From the IMG/VR virus record IMGVR_UViG_3300012685_000005, positions 1-58,682 of that record: a DNA stretch of 58,682 nucleotides. The stretch is one strand, 5' to 3'. The stretch is from a virus (lineage: Duplodnaviria > Caudoviricetes). This document shows positions 13,154 through 22,490 of this stretch, in pieces (positions within the stretch are counted from its first letter, which is position 1; every line of letters starts with the position of its first letter). Below the pieces are notes generated by a model. The model was not told the origin of the DNA. It was given only the letters and a program-made list of their open reading frames with translations, and ran no database searches. The position numbers and the translations under genes are program-made.

Positions 13154-13902
13154 GCGGCTGCGGCGTGGAAGTGACCGTATCGCCGTGCGATTGTACGGTG
13201 ATAGAAGTGTGTACGGCGGGGCCACTAGGACCGACCGGCACGATAGGTCAGGCGGGACCCACTGGCCCCACGGGCGCGGGTGGCCCGTCAGGCGGCCCCA
13301 CAGGCGCGAACGGTCCGACGGGGCCCACGGGCCCTGCGAGCGGACCGACAGGTCCGACTGGTCCGTCCGTTACGGGGCCCACCGGAACGCCAGGCCCCAC
13401 CGGCCCCTCTGGCACCGGCCCGACAGGCGTCGCCGGCCCGACGGGCCCAACTGGCAATGACGGTGCGATCGGACCTACTGGTCCCACCGGCAGCGGACCG
13501 ACCGGGCCCACTGGCAATGCGGGCACGGGTCCGACAGGGCCGACGGGGCCGGGCGCCACCGGCATCCGCTACGATATCTGCACGTTCTACCCCGGCATCC
13601 CCGGCGCCGCGCAACTCATCCTACGCTGGCAAGCGCCCCGCTCGGTGACGATTGTCGCCGGCGCCACGAATTCGCAGGCGAGTTCCAGTGCGGCGGCAAC
13701 TGCGTCGACGACATTCACGATCGCGATCAATGGCACGCCCGTCGGTACCATCGTGTGGTCTGCGGCGGGCACGAATGGCGCGTTCACCGTCGCCTCGCAA
13801 CTCAATATTGTCATCGGCGATGTGCTCACGATCACGGGGCCGGCGATTTCGGATGCGACGATTGCGGATGTGGTAGTAACGCTAGCAGGATCAACTCCAT
13901 GA
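13150..13902 (+). CDS. Collagen-like fibre protein 2
   Basis: Cys-rich N-terminus, GPT repeats, C-terminal beta-sandwich. Confidence 0.85.
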   Translation: MSGCGVEVTVSPCDCTVIEVCTAGPLGPTGTIGQAGPTGPTGAGGPSGGPTGANGPTGPTGPASGPTGPTGPSVTGPTGTPGPTGPSGTGPTGVAGPTGPTGNDGAIGPTGPTGSGPTGPTGNAGTGPTGPTGPGATGIRYDICTFYPGIPGAAQLILRWQAPRSVTIVAGATNSQASSSAAATASTTFTIAINGTPVGTIVWSAAGTNGAFTVASQLNIVIGDVLTITGPAISDATIADVVVTLAGSTP

Positions 13903-13915
13903 GAGAGGTATAACA

Positions 13916-14911
13916 GTGTCGATTCTTTGGTGCGGCGGCGAGGACATCGATTTTCCTAATGGCATTGCGGTGGGCGTCGGCGGCTCACCGTATTTTCGGA
14001 CTGGCTACGCCCGCTGCGGACTTCAGGATCAATCGGGGAACACTTCAAGCCGTAGCCTGTCTTTTGTCGGCGGTGCCGTCACCAGTGCATGGCTGCACTA
14101 TCAAGTGTTCATCACATCATCGATCGGCGGCTCAATTCCGTTCGCGGGCCTTGGGTTAAATTCCGCTGGCAATGGCGGCATTTTTGCCGGCACGGCGACC
14201 AGTGGTTCCGCCAAATGCGCACTCTATAAGTGGGATGGCACCACGCTCACGCAATTGGCGACTGAGGCAGGCACATCGATCCCGGTCACGAACGGAGCCT
14301 CAGTCCAGATCGATATTCAGATCATCAACTTGGGCGCGAGCAGCACCGTCAACGTCTACTGCCACAACGTCCTCGTGATCACCTTCTCAGGGAGCACTGT
14401 CCTTACCGGAATTGCCAGCCTCGATTGCGTCGAACTCTATGGCAACAACAACAGCGTGTCTTATTTGATGTCCGAGTTCATCGTGAGCGACGCCGATACA
14501 CGCAATTTCAGCCTGCTGACCATGGCGCCAAACGCGGCGGGTGACGTGAATAACTGGACCACCGGCACGTATGCGAACATCAATCCGACCTCAATAAACG
14601 ATGCGAGCGTGATCGCGGTGAATACGACGGGCCAGGACTTCCAGGCGAATCTCATCGATCTGCCGGCGGGATCGTTCGGCAATGTCCAGGCAATCAAGGC
14701 GTCGGTGCGCTCCGAAATCACGGCGGCCGCAGTGCCCACGTCCTTGAAGATCGGCGTCAAGACGGGCGGCACGGTCAATGTGGACGCAGGCCACGCGCAA
14801 ACCACGGGATTTTTGACCTACGAGCGATTGATGGTCACGAATCCCGTGACGAGTGCCGCATGGCTTGCGAGTGAAATGAACCCACTGCAAATGGATCTAC
14901 AGTCCGCATAG
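13916..14911 (+). CDS. Virion beta-rich (lectin-like) protein
   Basis: GAGG RBS with GTG start; NPVTSAAW C-terminal motif seen in phage fibre tips. Confidence 0.65.
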   Translation: MSILWCGGEDIDFPNGIAVGVGGSPYFRTGYARCGLQDQSGNTSSRSLSFVGGAVTSAWLHYQVFITSSIGGSIPFAGLGLNSAGNGGIFAGTATSGSAKCALYKWDGTTLTQLATEAGTSIPVTNGASVQIDIQIINLGASSTVNVYCHNVLVITFSGSTVLTGIASLDCVELYGNNNSVSYLMSEFIVSDADTRNFSLLTMAPNAAGDVNNWTTGTYANINPTSINDASVIAVNTTGQDFQANLIDLPAGSFGNVQAIKASVRSEITAAAVPTSLKIGVKTGGTVNVDAGHAQTTGFLTYERLMVTNPVTSAAWLASEMNPLQMDLQSA

Positions 14912-14921
14912 GTGCATATAT

Positions 14922-15116
14922 ATGGCGACCGGTGTCAATGTCTCAAAAGCGAATATTTACGGCACGTTGTCGCCTCCTGCGGGCGTGGGCGTCTCGAAAG
15001 CGAATCTGTACGCCGTGCTGATTCCCGCGCCGGCACTAGGCGTCTCGAAAGCGAATCTCTACGCGGTGCTGACCCCGGGCGGGGCGGTGCGTCCTGTGGT
15101 ACAAGTGTGCGGGTAA
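14922..15116 (+). CDS. Small protein of three tandem GV-x-VSKAN(L/I)Y repeats
   Basis: AGGTG RBS; three ~18-aa repeats visible in DNA (GTCTCGAAAGCGAATCT twice). Confidence 0.7.
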   Translation: MATGVNVSKANIYGTLSPPAGVGVSKANLYAVLIPAPALGVSKANLYAVLTPGGAVRPVVQVCG

Positions 15117-15126
15117 GGAGACACCC

Positions 15127-16191
15127 TTGAAAATAGCCGTCTACGCGATCGCCAAGAATGAGGAAAAGTTCGTCGAACGATTCTGCGAGGCAGCGTATCC
15201 CGCTGACCTCATTTTTGTGGCAGACACCGGCTCGACCGATCAGACCGTGCCGTTGCTAGAGAAATGTGGCGCCACCGTCGCGCACATCAACATCAACCCC
15301 TGGCGCTTCGACGACGCGCGCAATGCTGTGCTCGCGATGCTTCCCGCCGATATCGACGTGTGCGTGAGTTTGGACCTCGATGAAGTGCTGCAACCCGGCT
15401 GGCGCGACGAAATCGAGCGCGTGTGGACGGCGGGCACGACGCGGCTCCGGTACGGTTTCGACTGGGGCTGCGGCATCGTGTTCAAGTACGAGAAGATTCA
15501 CGGACGCGTGGGGTATCGCTGGTTCGGCAGTTGTCACGAATACCCCGTCCCGGATCGCATCACCGAGCAGTGGGCGAATACCGATATGCTGCTGGTGATC
15601 CACAAGCCGGACCCCGAGAAATCGCGCGGGCAATATCTCGACTTGCTGCGCGTATCGATCGAGGAAGCACCACATGAACCGCGCAACGCCTTCTACTACG
15701 CCCGCGAACTCTCCTTCCACCGCCAATGGCAACCCGCGATCGACCAATGCAAGCGCTATCTCGATTTGCCGCGCGCGATTTGGCCGAACGAACGCTGCTA
15801 CGCCATGCGCGTCATGGCGCGCTGCTACAGTGAACTGCTGCAATGGGCACCCGCACTCGATTGGGCGCGTCGTGCCTGCAGCGAGTCCGAGCACACTCGC
15901 GAGCCGTGGTGCGAGCTTGCGCGCATCTGCTATCTCACGCAGCGCTGGGCGGAATGCTTTGGCGCTGCGCTGACGTGTCTCAGCATCGTGAACCGCGAAC
16001 AACTCTATACCGTGGACCCGGCCGTATGGGGCTATCAGCCGCACGACTGGGCGGCGATTGCGGCATGGAATTTGGGATTGAAGGATGTCGCACTCGAACA
16101 GGCTAAAAAAGCGGTGGAGATGGAGCCTGGCGACTTTCGATTGCGGCAGAACGTCGAGTTCATGACGCCGAAGGCGCAGGACGTGGCGTGA
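15127..16191 (+). CDS. Glycosyltransferase family 2 with TPR C-terminus
   Basis: IAKNEE, DTGSTD, FDDARN, DLDE (DxD), HE; helical TPR-like repeats; AAGGAG RBS with TTG start. Confidence 0.85.
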   Translation: MKIAVYAIAKNEEKFVERFCEAAYPADLIFVADTGSTDQTVPLLEKCGATVAHININPWRFDDARNAVLAMLPADIDVCVSLDLDEVLQPGWRDEIERVWTAGTTRLRYGFDWGCGIVFKYEKIHGRVGYRWFGSCHEYPVPDRITEQWANTDMLLVIHKPDPEKSRGQYLDLLRVSIEEAPHEPRNAFYYARELSFHRQWQPAIDQCKRYLDLPRAIWPNERCYAMRVMARCYSELLQWAPALDWARRACSESEHTREPWCELARICYLTQRWAECFGAALTCLSIVNREQLYTVDPAVWGYQPHDWAAIAAWNLGLKDVALEQAKKAVEMEPGDFRLRQNVEFMTPKAQDVA

Positions 16192-16625
16192 AATTGCGCG
16201 ATCTCAATCCGAAGCTCACAAAATGCGAGATGCGCATTGAGACGTGGCAGCAAGTCAAGCCTGGCATTGATCCGTTGAAAGGCAATTGGATCGATGAAGA
16301 CTTTCACGATGTGACAGGGCCGCGCGCCAACTATATCCGTGTCGAATCACTCGCTCAGGCTGATGGGATGTGGTTTGATTGTCCTTGCCCAGTTTGCCAA
16401 AAGGCCGAGCATGGACCTTCGCGCCATATGATAGGTTTCGAAGGTCGCTGCCCGCCGGACACATATAGCTCAGGGTCGAACGGCCAAGACACACGCTGGT
16501 CTGTAAGTGCATCAAGCACCTGCATTGATAATCTGGTGCTTATGCCATCCATACAGCGCGTGGGCGGCTGCAACTGGCATGGCTTTGTAGGGTCCAGCGG
16601 CGTGCCACCAGGCGAGGCGGCATGA
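16188..16625 (+). CDS. Cys/His protein, DUF6527-like
   Basis: FDCPCPVC...H...W...LMPSI...GCNWHGFV. Confidence 0.55.
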   Translation: MKLRDLNPKLTKCEMRIETWQQVKPGIDPLKGNWIDEDFHDVTGPRANYIRVESLAQADGMWFDCPCPVCQKAEHGPSRHMIGFEGRCPPDTYSSGSNGQDTRWSVSASSTCIDNLVLMPSIQRVGGCNWHGFVGSSGVPPGEAA

Positions 16626-17323
16626 ACAATAGCCCGCTCAACACGTCAGGGACTTACGACTTCGCCCCACCAATGGGCGAGGAGGTTTTATATTCCTACG
16701 GCCTGTGCGGCATTCGAAACACAGCCCTGACGCAACAACATTTTCAGACCGCGCGTATGGCAACGAATATGTTGCTTGGGCGGTGGAGTTCCGACGGCGT
16801 GAACTTATGGCAAGTGGACTTGCAATCCATCAAGCTCAAGCAGGGGTGCGCCACCTATCCAGTCCCGGCGAATACGATCGTGATGCTCGACATGTACATC
16901 ACGATCAACAATGGCGCGGCGGAAATCGATCGGCTGATACTGCCGATCAGCCGCACGGAATACGCGAGCTTTGCGAACAAGCAGCAGCAAGGATTCCCGA
17001 CCTCGGCCTGGTTCGATCGGTTGCTATCGCCCACCGTGACGCTCTGGCCGGTGCCCGATGGATCGCAGAATTGCTTGAAGTATTATCGATTGCGTCAGAC
17101 GCAAGATGCAAATCTCACGAATGGGCAGAACGTAGAGATTCCATACTATTTTCTTGAAGCCTATTGCTTCGGTTTAGCGTATCGACTAGCGCTCACATGG
17201 GCACCCGATCGCGCGCCTATATTGAAGCCGCTCGCCGATGAGGCGTGGGCCATCGCCAGCAAGCAGAATGTAGAAACGGCCGCCATGTATATTTCGCCGC
17301 AGATGTCGGGATACTACCGCTGA
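16622..17323 (+). CDS. Head-tail adaptor / tail tubular protein A-like
   Basis: TSGTYDF, NLWQV, ISRTEY...NK...G-x-P and LWPVPD motifs. Confidence 0.7.
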   Translation: MNNSPLNTSGTYDFAPPMGEEVLYSYGLCGIRNTALTQQHFQTARMATNMLLGRWSSDGVNLWQVDLQSIKLKQGCATYPVPANTIVMLDMYITINNGAAEIDRLILPISRTEYASFANKQQQGFPTSAWFDRLLSPTVTLWPVPDGSQNCLKYYRLRQTQDANLTNGQNVEIPYYFLEAYCFGLAYRLALTWAPDRAPILKPLADEAWAIASKQNVETAAMYISPQMSGYYR

Positions 17324-18039
17324 TGGCTTACGCCAGTATTAGCGGACGCGCCCGCACCTCCGCGAAGAAACCGCAAGCACACGCAATCTGCGACAGGTGC
17401 GGATTCAGGCGGAACTTCGTCGATTTACAGTGGCAGAACGAATGGCGCGGCCCGGTCATCCAAAACATCCGCGTCCTCGTCTGCAAACCCTGTCTCGACA
17501 TTCCACAAGAGCAACTCCGCGCGATCATCTTGCCAAGCGACCCCGAAACGATCATCAACGCGCGCACGCAAGATTTCGTCACGGCGGAAACCAACTACCG
17601 CACGATCTCCGCGCCCCCCGTCACCGACCCCGTGACGGGCCTCCCCATCCCCGGCACGACCCTGCGCATCACCGAGGACTGCCAGAATCGCACGATTGAT
17701 CCCTTCGGCGAGCCAGTGGGCCTCACGCAAGATGCCGTCATGCCGTACAACGGTGCGGTCCAGAAAGCCTTCGGCGTGCCGCTCGCGTTGCTGTCCGTGA
17801 TTTCGAACGATACAGCGACAGTCACGGTGACGTGTTCGGCGGTCCATAATCTGCGCACGAATGATCAAATCTCCGTCGAGGGACTCGCTGACAACGCCGC
17901 CGATGGCTTCTATAGCGTGACGGTGCTCACGGCGACCGCGTTCACGTATATGACCTATGGTTCCATCGCGGCTGACGCATTGCTGACACCGACGACCCGC
18001 ATCGTCACCGCGCTCGTGGGGGTGCCGCTTGGGTACTAG
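17323..18039 (+). CDS. Structural protein with Zn-ribbon N-terminus and FCCH-like beta domain
   Basis: TGATG start at 17323; CDRCG...VCKPC; H-x-L...V-x-G...F-x-Y domain. Confidence 0.7.
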   Translation: MAYASISGRARTSAKKPQAHAICDRCGFRRNFVDLQWQNEWRGPVIQNIRVLVCKPCLDIPQEQLRAIILPSDPETIINARTQDFVTAETNYRTISAPPVTDPVTGLPIPGTTLRITEDCQNRTIDPFGEPVGLTQDAVMPYNGAVQKAFGVPLALLSVISNDTATVTVTCSAVHNLRTNDQISVEGLADNAADGFYSVTVLTATAFTYMTYGSIAADALLTPTTRIVTALVGVPLGY

Positions 18040-18064
18040 TTGCTGCGGGGGCGCCGTGACCGGC

Positions 18065-18199
18065 ATGCGGATTCCGCAGATCGATGGGCCATCGTTATCG
18101 CTGGCATCTCAGAATCACTTACTCGAACTCGAATCGGGCTCGGGATTCTTTGAATTGGAATCTGGCGTGGGTGCGATAGAATTGGAATCGGGGCCGTGA
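18065..18199 (+). CDS. 44-aa ELESG-repeat peptide, or a +1 frameshift extension of the upstream gene
   Basis: MRIPQIDGP...[25 protein letters not shown]; stop overlaps the next start (GTGA); absent from the ORF track. Confidence 0.55.
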   Translation: MRIPQIDGPSLSLASQNHLLELESGSGFFELESGVGAIELESGP

Positions 18200-19014
18200 G
18201 CAACGCCACCATCCCGATGCTGCCGCAAGCGATCTCGATCGCGGGCGCCGAGCAACTCGAGGCCGTGCAAGCCGGGATGTCGGTACGGGTCACGGCGGCT
18301 CAAATTGCGGCGTTAGGCGGCCCTAAAGGTCCAACAGGACCGACGGGTCCGAGTCAGGGCCCAACAGGGCCTAATGGTCCAACCGGATCTATTGGGCCGA
18401 CAGGTGCGACAGGAGTATCAGGCCCCACGGGCCCCTCTGGTGCCGGTCCGACCGGCTCGCCTGGCACGGCGGGAGCGACTGGGCCCACGGGCACGGGACC
18501 TACGGGTCCTACAGGAAGCGGTGGTCCGACGGGACCTGGCGGCAATGGTCCCACGGGTCCGACTGGAATTGGCGCGCAGGGGCCGACTGGACCGACAGGA
18601 CCCACCGGCGTCGGCGTCGCAGGCCCTACAGGCCCGACTGGCACGAATGCGGGGCCGACGGGTCCGACGGGTCCCGTGTCCTCATTCGCATTCAACAGCC
18701 AAGTCATTGCGACATTGGCGAGTGGAGTGAGCGATAACTATGCGCCGGCCGGCTACGTTCCAGGCACGACGAATTGCCTGATTTTGACGCCCACCGATGC
18801 AACTTCAGCGCTGGCGGGACTGGTTGCGACGGGTATTCCGAACGGCTATCCGCTGGTGATATGGAATGCGAGCGCGACCATCGCAATCATTTTCGAGAAT
18901 CAGGCGAGTTCGACGCCAGCCAATCAATTTGCTTGCCCTGGTGATGGATCAACGTCGCTCGATCCTTTCGGACGGGCTGATTTGGTATATCTGGGTGGGC
19001 AATGGACACTTTGA
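18196..19014 (+). CDS. Collagen-like fibre protein 3
   Basis: Anchor ending TAAQIA, GPT repeats, C-domain similar to that of 8573-10366. Confidence 0.85.
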   Translation: MSNATIPMLPQAISIAGAEQLEAVQAGMSVRVTAAQIAALGGPKGPTGPTGPSQGPTGPNGPTGSIGPTGATGVSGPTGPSGAGPTGSPGTAGATGPTGTGPTGPTGSGGPTGPGGNGPTGPTGIGAQGPTGPTGPTGVGVAGPTGPTGTNAGPTGPTGPVSSFAFNSQVIATLASGVSDNYAPAGYVPGTTNCLILTPTDATSALAGLVATGIPNGYPLVIWNASATIAIIFENQASSTPANQFACPGDGSTSLDPFGRADLVYLGGQWTL

Positions 19015-19030
19015 TAGGAAGCGCTTTGAT

Positions 19031-20065
19031 ATGGTAACTCCGTTCATTCCGCCTCAGACCATCATGGGCAATGCTGGCTCAAGTAATGCGCCACCAGGAC
19101 CACTCACGCTGACGCAAATCAATAGCATACTGAGTCCCGCTCAGCAGCCGGCAATCGCGGCGGCGGCCGGATATAACGTTCCTACGTTCGGTGCAGGGAT
19201 GTTTCTTAATACGAATTGGTTTCTCCATGGTTTTTATAGTCCTCCGTCGGGAGGAGCCGCGCAGAACGGCAATGGTATCTATCTTGATGGCACAGGCAAT
19301 GGCTACGGGATTTGCACGGCCAAAGCGGGTGCGGGTCATACATGGACCGGAACGACTTTTGGAGGAGGAGCATATATTGAAGCGCTATTGTCCTTTCCGC
19401 CAAGTGCCTCACCTGGTGCCCATTGGCCCGCCTTCTGGTCGCAGGACATTGAAACGCTTTCGCAAAATGCCATTACCGCAGCCAATGCATGGGGAGGCCC
19501 CACTTATAATGGAGCTACCGCTTATACGATAGGCCAAATGGTTAGTTTAAGTGGTCTTTCCTATCGATGTATTGCCAATACAACCGGTAATGCACCGCCG
19601 AATGCTACTTTTTGGCAAGGTCCCTATGGTAACTGGGTGGAACCAGATTTCTTTGAATTAGACGCGGGCAACATCACCAAATATGGCATTCAAATGCATA
19701 ATTGGTATGGGACGATTCCGGGCGCATCGAATGTGAATTGTGTCACGTCGGGCAGTCCCGTCACGATTCCCGCTTCCGTGAGTTTTGCCAACTTCAACAA
19801 AATTGGTTGGTTGTGGATTCCCGCTACTGCCACCACTCAGGGTTCCGCGCAATGGTTTTTCAATGGCGCGCAAATGGGACCGACGGTCAACTGGAATCAA
19901 TATAATTCTGGATTGGCACCGCCGCCCGCCGTCGGCGGTAGCGCTGGGTCCATTTTGGATCAACGGCATTTGGCGTTAGTGCTAAATACTAATACGACGT
20001 GTCCGACGCAAATAGTTTCGGTTCAGGTATGGCAAGCGTCGGCCGCTGGGAATTTGGTACAGTAA
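19031..20065 (+). CDS. GH16-like glycoside hydrolase with inserted CBM5/12-like module
   Basis: GAYIEA, WPAFWS, EPDFFE (ExDxxE); YNGATAYTIGQMV...YRC...PP...FW; AGGA RBS before ATG 19031. Confidence 0.65.
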   Translation: MVTPFIPPQTIMGNAGSSNAPPGPLTLTQINSILSPAQQPAIAAAAGYNVPTFGAGMFLNTNWFLHGFYSPPSGGAAQNGNGIYLDGTGNGYGICTAKAGAGHTWTGTTFGGGAYIEALLSFPPSASPGAHWPAFWSQDIETLSQNAITAANAWGGPTYNGATAYTIGQMVSLSGLSYRCIANTTGNAPPNATFWQGPYGNWVEPDFFELDAGNITKYGIQMHNWYGTIPGASNVNCVTSGSPVTIPASVSFANFNKIGWLWIPATATTQGSAQWFFNGAQMGPTVNWNQYNSGLAPPPAVGGSAGSILDQRHLALVLNTNTTCPTQIVSVQVWQASAAGNLVQ

Positions 20066-20141
20066 TGATGAAGCGTGCGATATGTCACACGCAGGAATAC
20101 CCACAGGGACGTACAGTACCGCCATGGAAAGGAAGCGCAGA

Positions 20142-20393
20142 ATGACCGATCAATTCAAAATGGGCGAAATGTCCGCACGTCTTGACGTGGGGGATCAGCG
20201 TCACCTCGAAAATACTAGGAATCTTGAGGCGATCAAACTCGAACAGACCCAGACCAACAAGAAATTGCAGGAGCTGGTCGACGCTATGACACTCGTCCGT
20301 GGTGGATTCCGCACCCTGATGGCGGTCGGCGTCGTGAGCGCGTCCATCGGCGCGTTCATCAGTAACCTGTTCCACTGGTGGAAGGGGCCATGA
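20142..20393 (+). CDS. Holin-like membrane protein
   Basis: Coiled coil plus C-terminal TM helix directly upstream of the endolysin. Confidence 0.55.
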   Translation: MTDQFKMGEMSARLDVGDQRHLENTRNLEAIKLEQTQTNKKLQELVDAMTLVRGGFRTLMAVGVVSASIGAFISNLFHWWKGP

Positions 20394-20818
20394 GTGCCGT
20401 CAGCGTATTCTTGGCGCGTAAGACTCGCGAAGAGGGCGACAGGCTATTGCCTTATGATGACGCAACCGGAAAGCCTGTGAAGGCTCCCATCGGCAATCTG
20501 TCATGGGGTCGCGGCTATAATCTCATGCAATGCGGCTCTTCCGGGCTATTCGATGTCATGGATGCCTTTCTCGTGAGTGCGCTCAATCATCAATTGCAAT
20601 CTTACGATTGGTATATCAATGCGGGCGACGTGCGCGCCTCGGTATTTTTGGATATCGCGTATAACGCGGGACTACACGGGCTGCTGTCTTATCCGCGGAT
20701 GCTCGATGCGGCGGCGAAAGGTGATTGGACCGAGGCGGCGGCGCAATGCACGGAACGTGATCCAAAGCTTGATGCTTCCCGATATGCACCCTTACGGTCC
20801 CTACTTCTCTCTGGCTAA
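20390..20818 (+). CDS. Endolysin (GH24/T4-lysozyme-like)
   Basis: EEG-x-R-x-x-PY-x-D...G-x-G-x-NL; DIAYNAG...L...ML-x-A...W-x-x-AA. Confidence 0.8.
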   Translation: MSAVSVFLARKTREEGDRLLPYDDATGKPVKAPIGNLSWGRGYNLMQCGSSGLFDVMDAFLVSALNHQLQSYDWYINAGDVRASVFLDIAYNAGLHGLLSYPRMLDAAAKGDWTEAAAQCTERDPKLDASRYAPLRSLLLSG

Positions 20819-20833
20819 CATGAGGTTCTGGCA

Positions 20834-21142
20834 ATGGCTACAGCAACGATTACGATCACACTGCCGACGACACGGAAGGATGGCAGCGCCTTCGCCGCCA
20901 CAGATTACGGTGCGGCTACTGTCTTCCGAGACGGGGTTGCCATTACAACCCTCACGGCTCCGGAATTGGTGGCGACGGATGCGGCGGTAGTTCCTGGCGT
21001 TTCGGTCTACACGGCCTCGATTATGGATACACAGACGCCGCCTGTCGCGTCTGGGTTGTCCGCGCCCGTCACCGCGCCAGCGTTGGGCACCCCACCGCTC
21101 GCCGCACCGGGAGTGCCTATGTTGACGGTGGCTGTCGCGTAA
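20834..21142 (+). CDS. Small FN3-like protein
   Basis: PT-x-R-x-DG...VFRDG...Y-x-x-S-x-x-D...S pattern; GAGG RBS. Confidence 0.55.
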   Translation: MATATITITLPTTRKDGSAFAATDYGAATVFRDGVAITTLTAPELVATDAAVVPGVSVYTASIMDTQTPPVASGLSAPVTAPALGTPPLAAPGVPMLTVAVA

Positions 21143-21166
21143 GCGTAAAACACAGGGAGTGAAGTC

Positions 21167-21364
21167 ATGGCAGACGATCCACAAAAACCGGGATTTACCC
21201 CTTCGGCCTCGACGACAGGCAGCGCGATCGGCGCCGCGCTGGCGACCATCATTGTCTATGGATTCCATACGAAGGGCATCGATTTCCCTGCGGGAATGGA
21301 AGCGGCGATCGGCGCGATCATCACCGTTCTCGCCGGATACTTGCCGGCATCGGGGCGACGGTGA
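21167..21364 (+). CDS. Holin (two TM helices)
   Basis: 65 aa, two hydrophobic helices, GYL then basic tail; in lysis cassette. Confidence 0.7.
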   Translation: MADDPQKPGFTPSASTTGSAIGAALATIIVYGFHTKGIDFPAGMEAAIGAIITVLAGYLPASGRR

Positions 21365-21843
21365 CGCGCTTCGAAATCTACGGGATGATCCTGCTCGTCA
21401 TCCTCTTCGGCAATGCCGCGTGTTACCTCAAAGGCCATGCGGATGGCTCGCGCGCGAAAGCCGCCGAGGTCGCGGCCGATGTGCTCAATGCTAATAACAA
21501 GGTGGATACGCTCAATGGAACACTTCAATCTACCGCCAATCAATATGCTAAGGACCTGGCATCTAAGGATCAAACTCACGCTGATCAACTTGCTGCTGCT
21601 ATTGCTAGTGTTAAGCCTGTCATCGTGCGCGTCCCTGCAACAGGTAGTGTGCAAGCGGGTAACTCTGCCGGATCCACCAGCGGTGCCGGAGGACAACGAT
21701 CCTCAGACGGCGATCTGTCAGCAAGCATCAATATTGCACCAGCCGAACTTGTGTTCGCCGGAAAGTACCAAACCTGTCGCGACTCCCTAGCAACGTACAA
21801 AGCGTTCTATGCCGGCGTCCTGGCTAAAGTGAACCATCCGTGA
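21361..21843 (+). CDS. Inner-membrane spanin (Rz-like)
   Basis: N-terminal TM, coiled coil, C-terminal helix with Cys. Confidence 0.75.
   Translation: MTRFEIYGMILLVILFGNAACYLKGHADGSRAKAAEVAADVLNANNKVDTLNGTLQSTANQYAKDLASKDQTHADQLAAAIASVKPVIVRVPATGSVQAGNSAGSTSGAGGQRSSDGDLSASINIAPAELVFAGKYQTCRDSLATYKAFYAGVLAKVNHP
21545..21790 (+). CDS. Outer-membrane spanin lipoprotein (Rz1-like), embedded in the +1 frame
   Basis: MLRTWHLRIKLTLINLLLLLLVLSLSS-C lipobox followed by Pro-rich LPDPPAVP, nested inside the i-spanin. Confidence 0.75.
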   Translation: MLRTWHLRIKLTLINLLLLLLVLSLSSCASLQQVVCKRVTLPDPPAVPEDNDPQTAICQQASILHQPNLCSPESTKPVATP

Positions 21844-22397
21844 GCAAGTGGCTTGCCAAACTGAGCGCGTCCGCCGATAAACTCGGCAATTTCCTGCGCA
21901 ACTTCTTACCGCTCGACAATGCGCCGAAGCTCATGATCATTCTATTCGTGTTCGTGGCGCTGTTTATCGCATTCATGATCTTAGGCAAACGCGCCCACGG
22001 CACGGAGATTCAGGCATCGAGCGGCGCGGCGATCATTCGCGGCGTCGCGCCCGCGCTCAATATCGCCTGGGATGTCCCAAGTGGTCACGGCGGCGATGCG
22101 GTGCGCGCCTCAATGACGCTCATCGGCCATTCGACATTCAAGGACACCGAATATCCGAACAACTATGCGTTCAGTGTGCAGTACATTACGGGATTCGGAC
22201 ATTTCGACATCGGATTGGGACCCGCGTGGCTAGAAAATCCGCGGCCCTATAACGGATCCAACGTCAACTTTAATTTGATGTTTGGCTATCGGTTCACGCG
22301 TTTACCGGTGACTTTGTGGTATAGCCATTTCTCGTGCGGCGGCGCGTGTTCGCCAAATTATGGGAGGGATATCATCCTCGCGGGATATCGGTTTTGA
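21840..22397 (+). CDS. PagL-like lipid A 3-O-deacylase / outer-membrane beta-barrel
   Basis: Signal-like stretch ending AHG; amphipathic strands; HFS...PN-x-G-x-D motif; terminal YRF. Confidence 0.65.
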   Translation: MSKWLAKLSASADKLGNFLRNFLPLDNAPKLMIILFVFVALFIAFMILGKRAHGTEIQASSGAAIIRGVAPALNIAWDVPSGHGGDAVRASMTLIGHSTFKDTEYPNNYAFSVQYITGFGHFDIGLGPAWLENPRPYNGSNVNFNLMFGYRFTRLPVTLWYSHFSCGGACSPNYGRDIILAGYRF

Positions 22398-22400
22398 CCT

Positions 22401-22490
22401 ATGCTCATGGCCCTCGAAGTGATCGCCGCCACGATTCTGATCGCCGGGGTATTTATTATCATCGTGTTTTACATTGACTTTAGCGACTAA
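22401..22490 (+). CDS. 29-aa single-TM peptide
   Basis: MLMALEVIAATILIAGVFIIIVFYIDFSD; TAATG coupling to the next gene. Confidence 0.45.
   Translation: MLMALEVIAATILIAGVFIIIVFYIDFSD

Noticed and set aside
18037-18152. Amber readthrough or stop-codon recoding
   Set aside because: In-frame readthrough gives implausible sequence, and long genes are intact under the standard code
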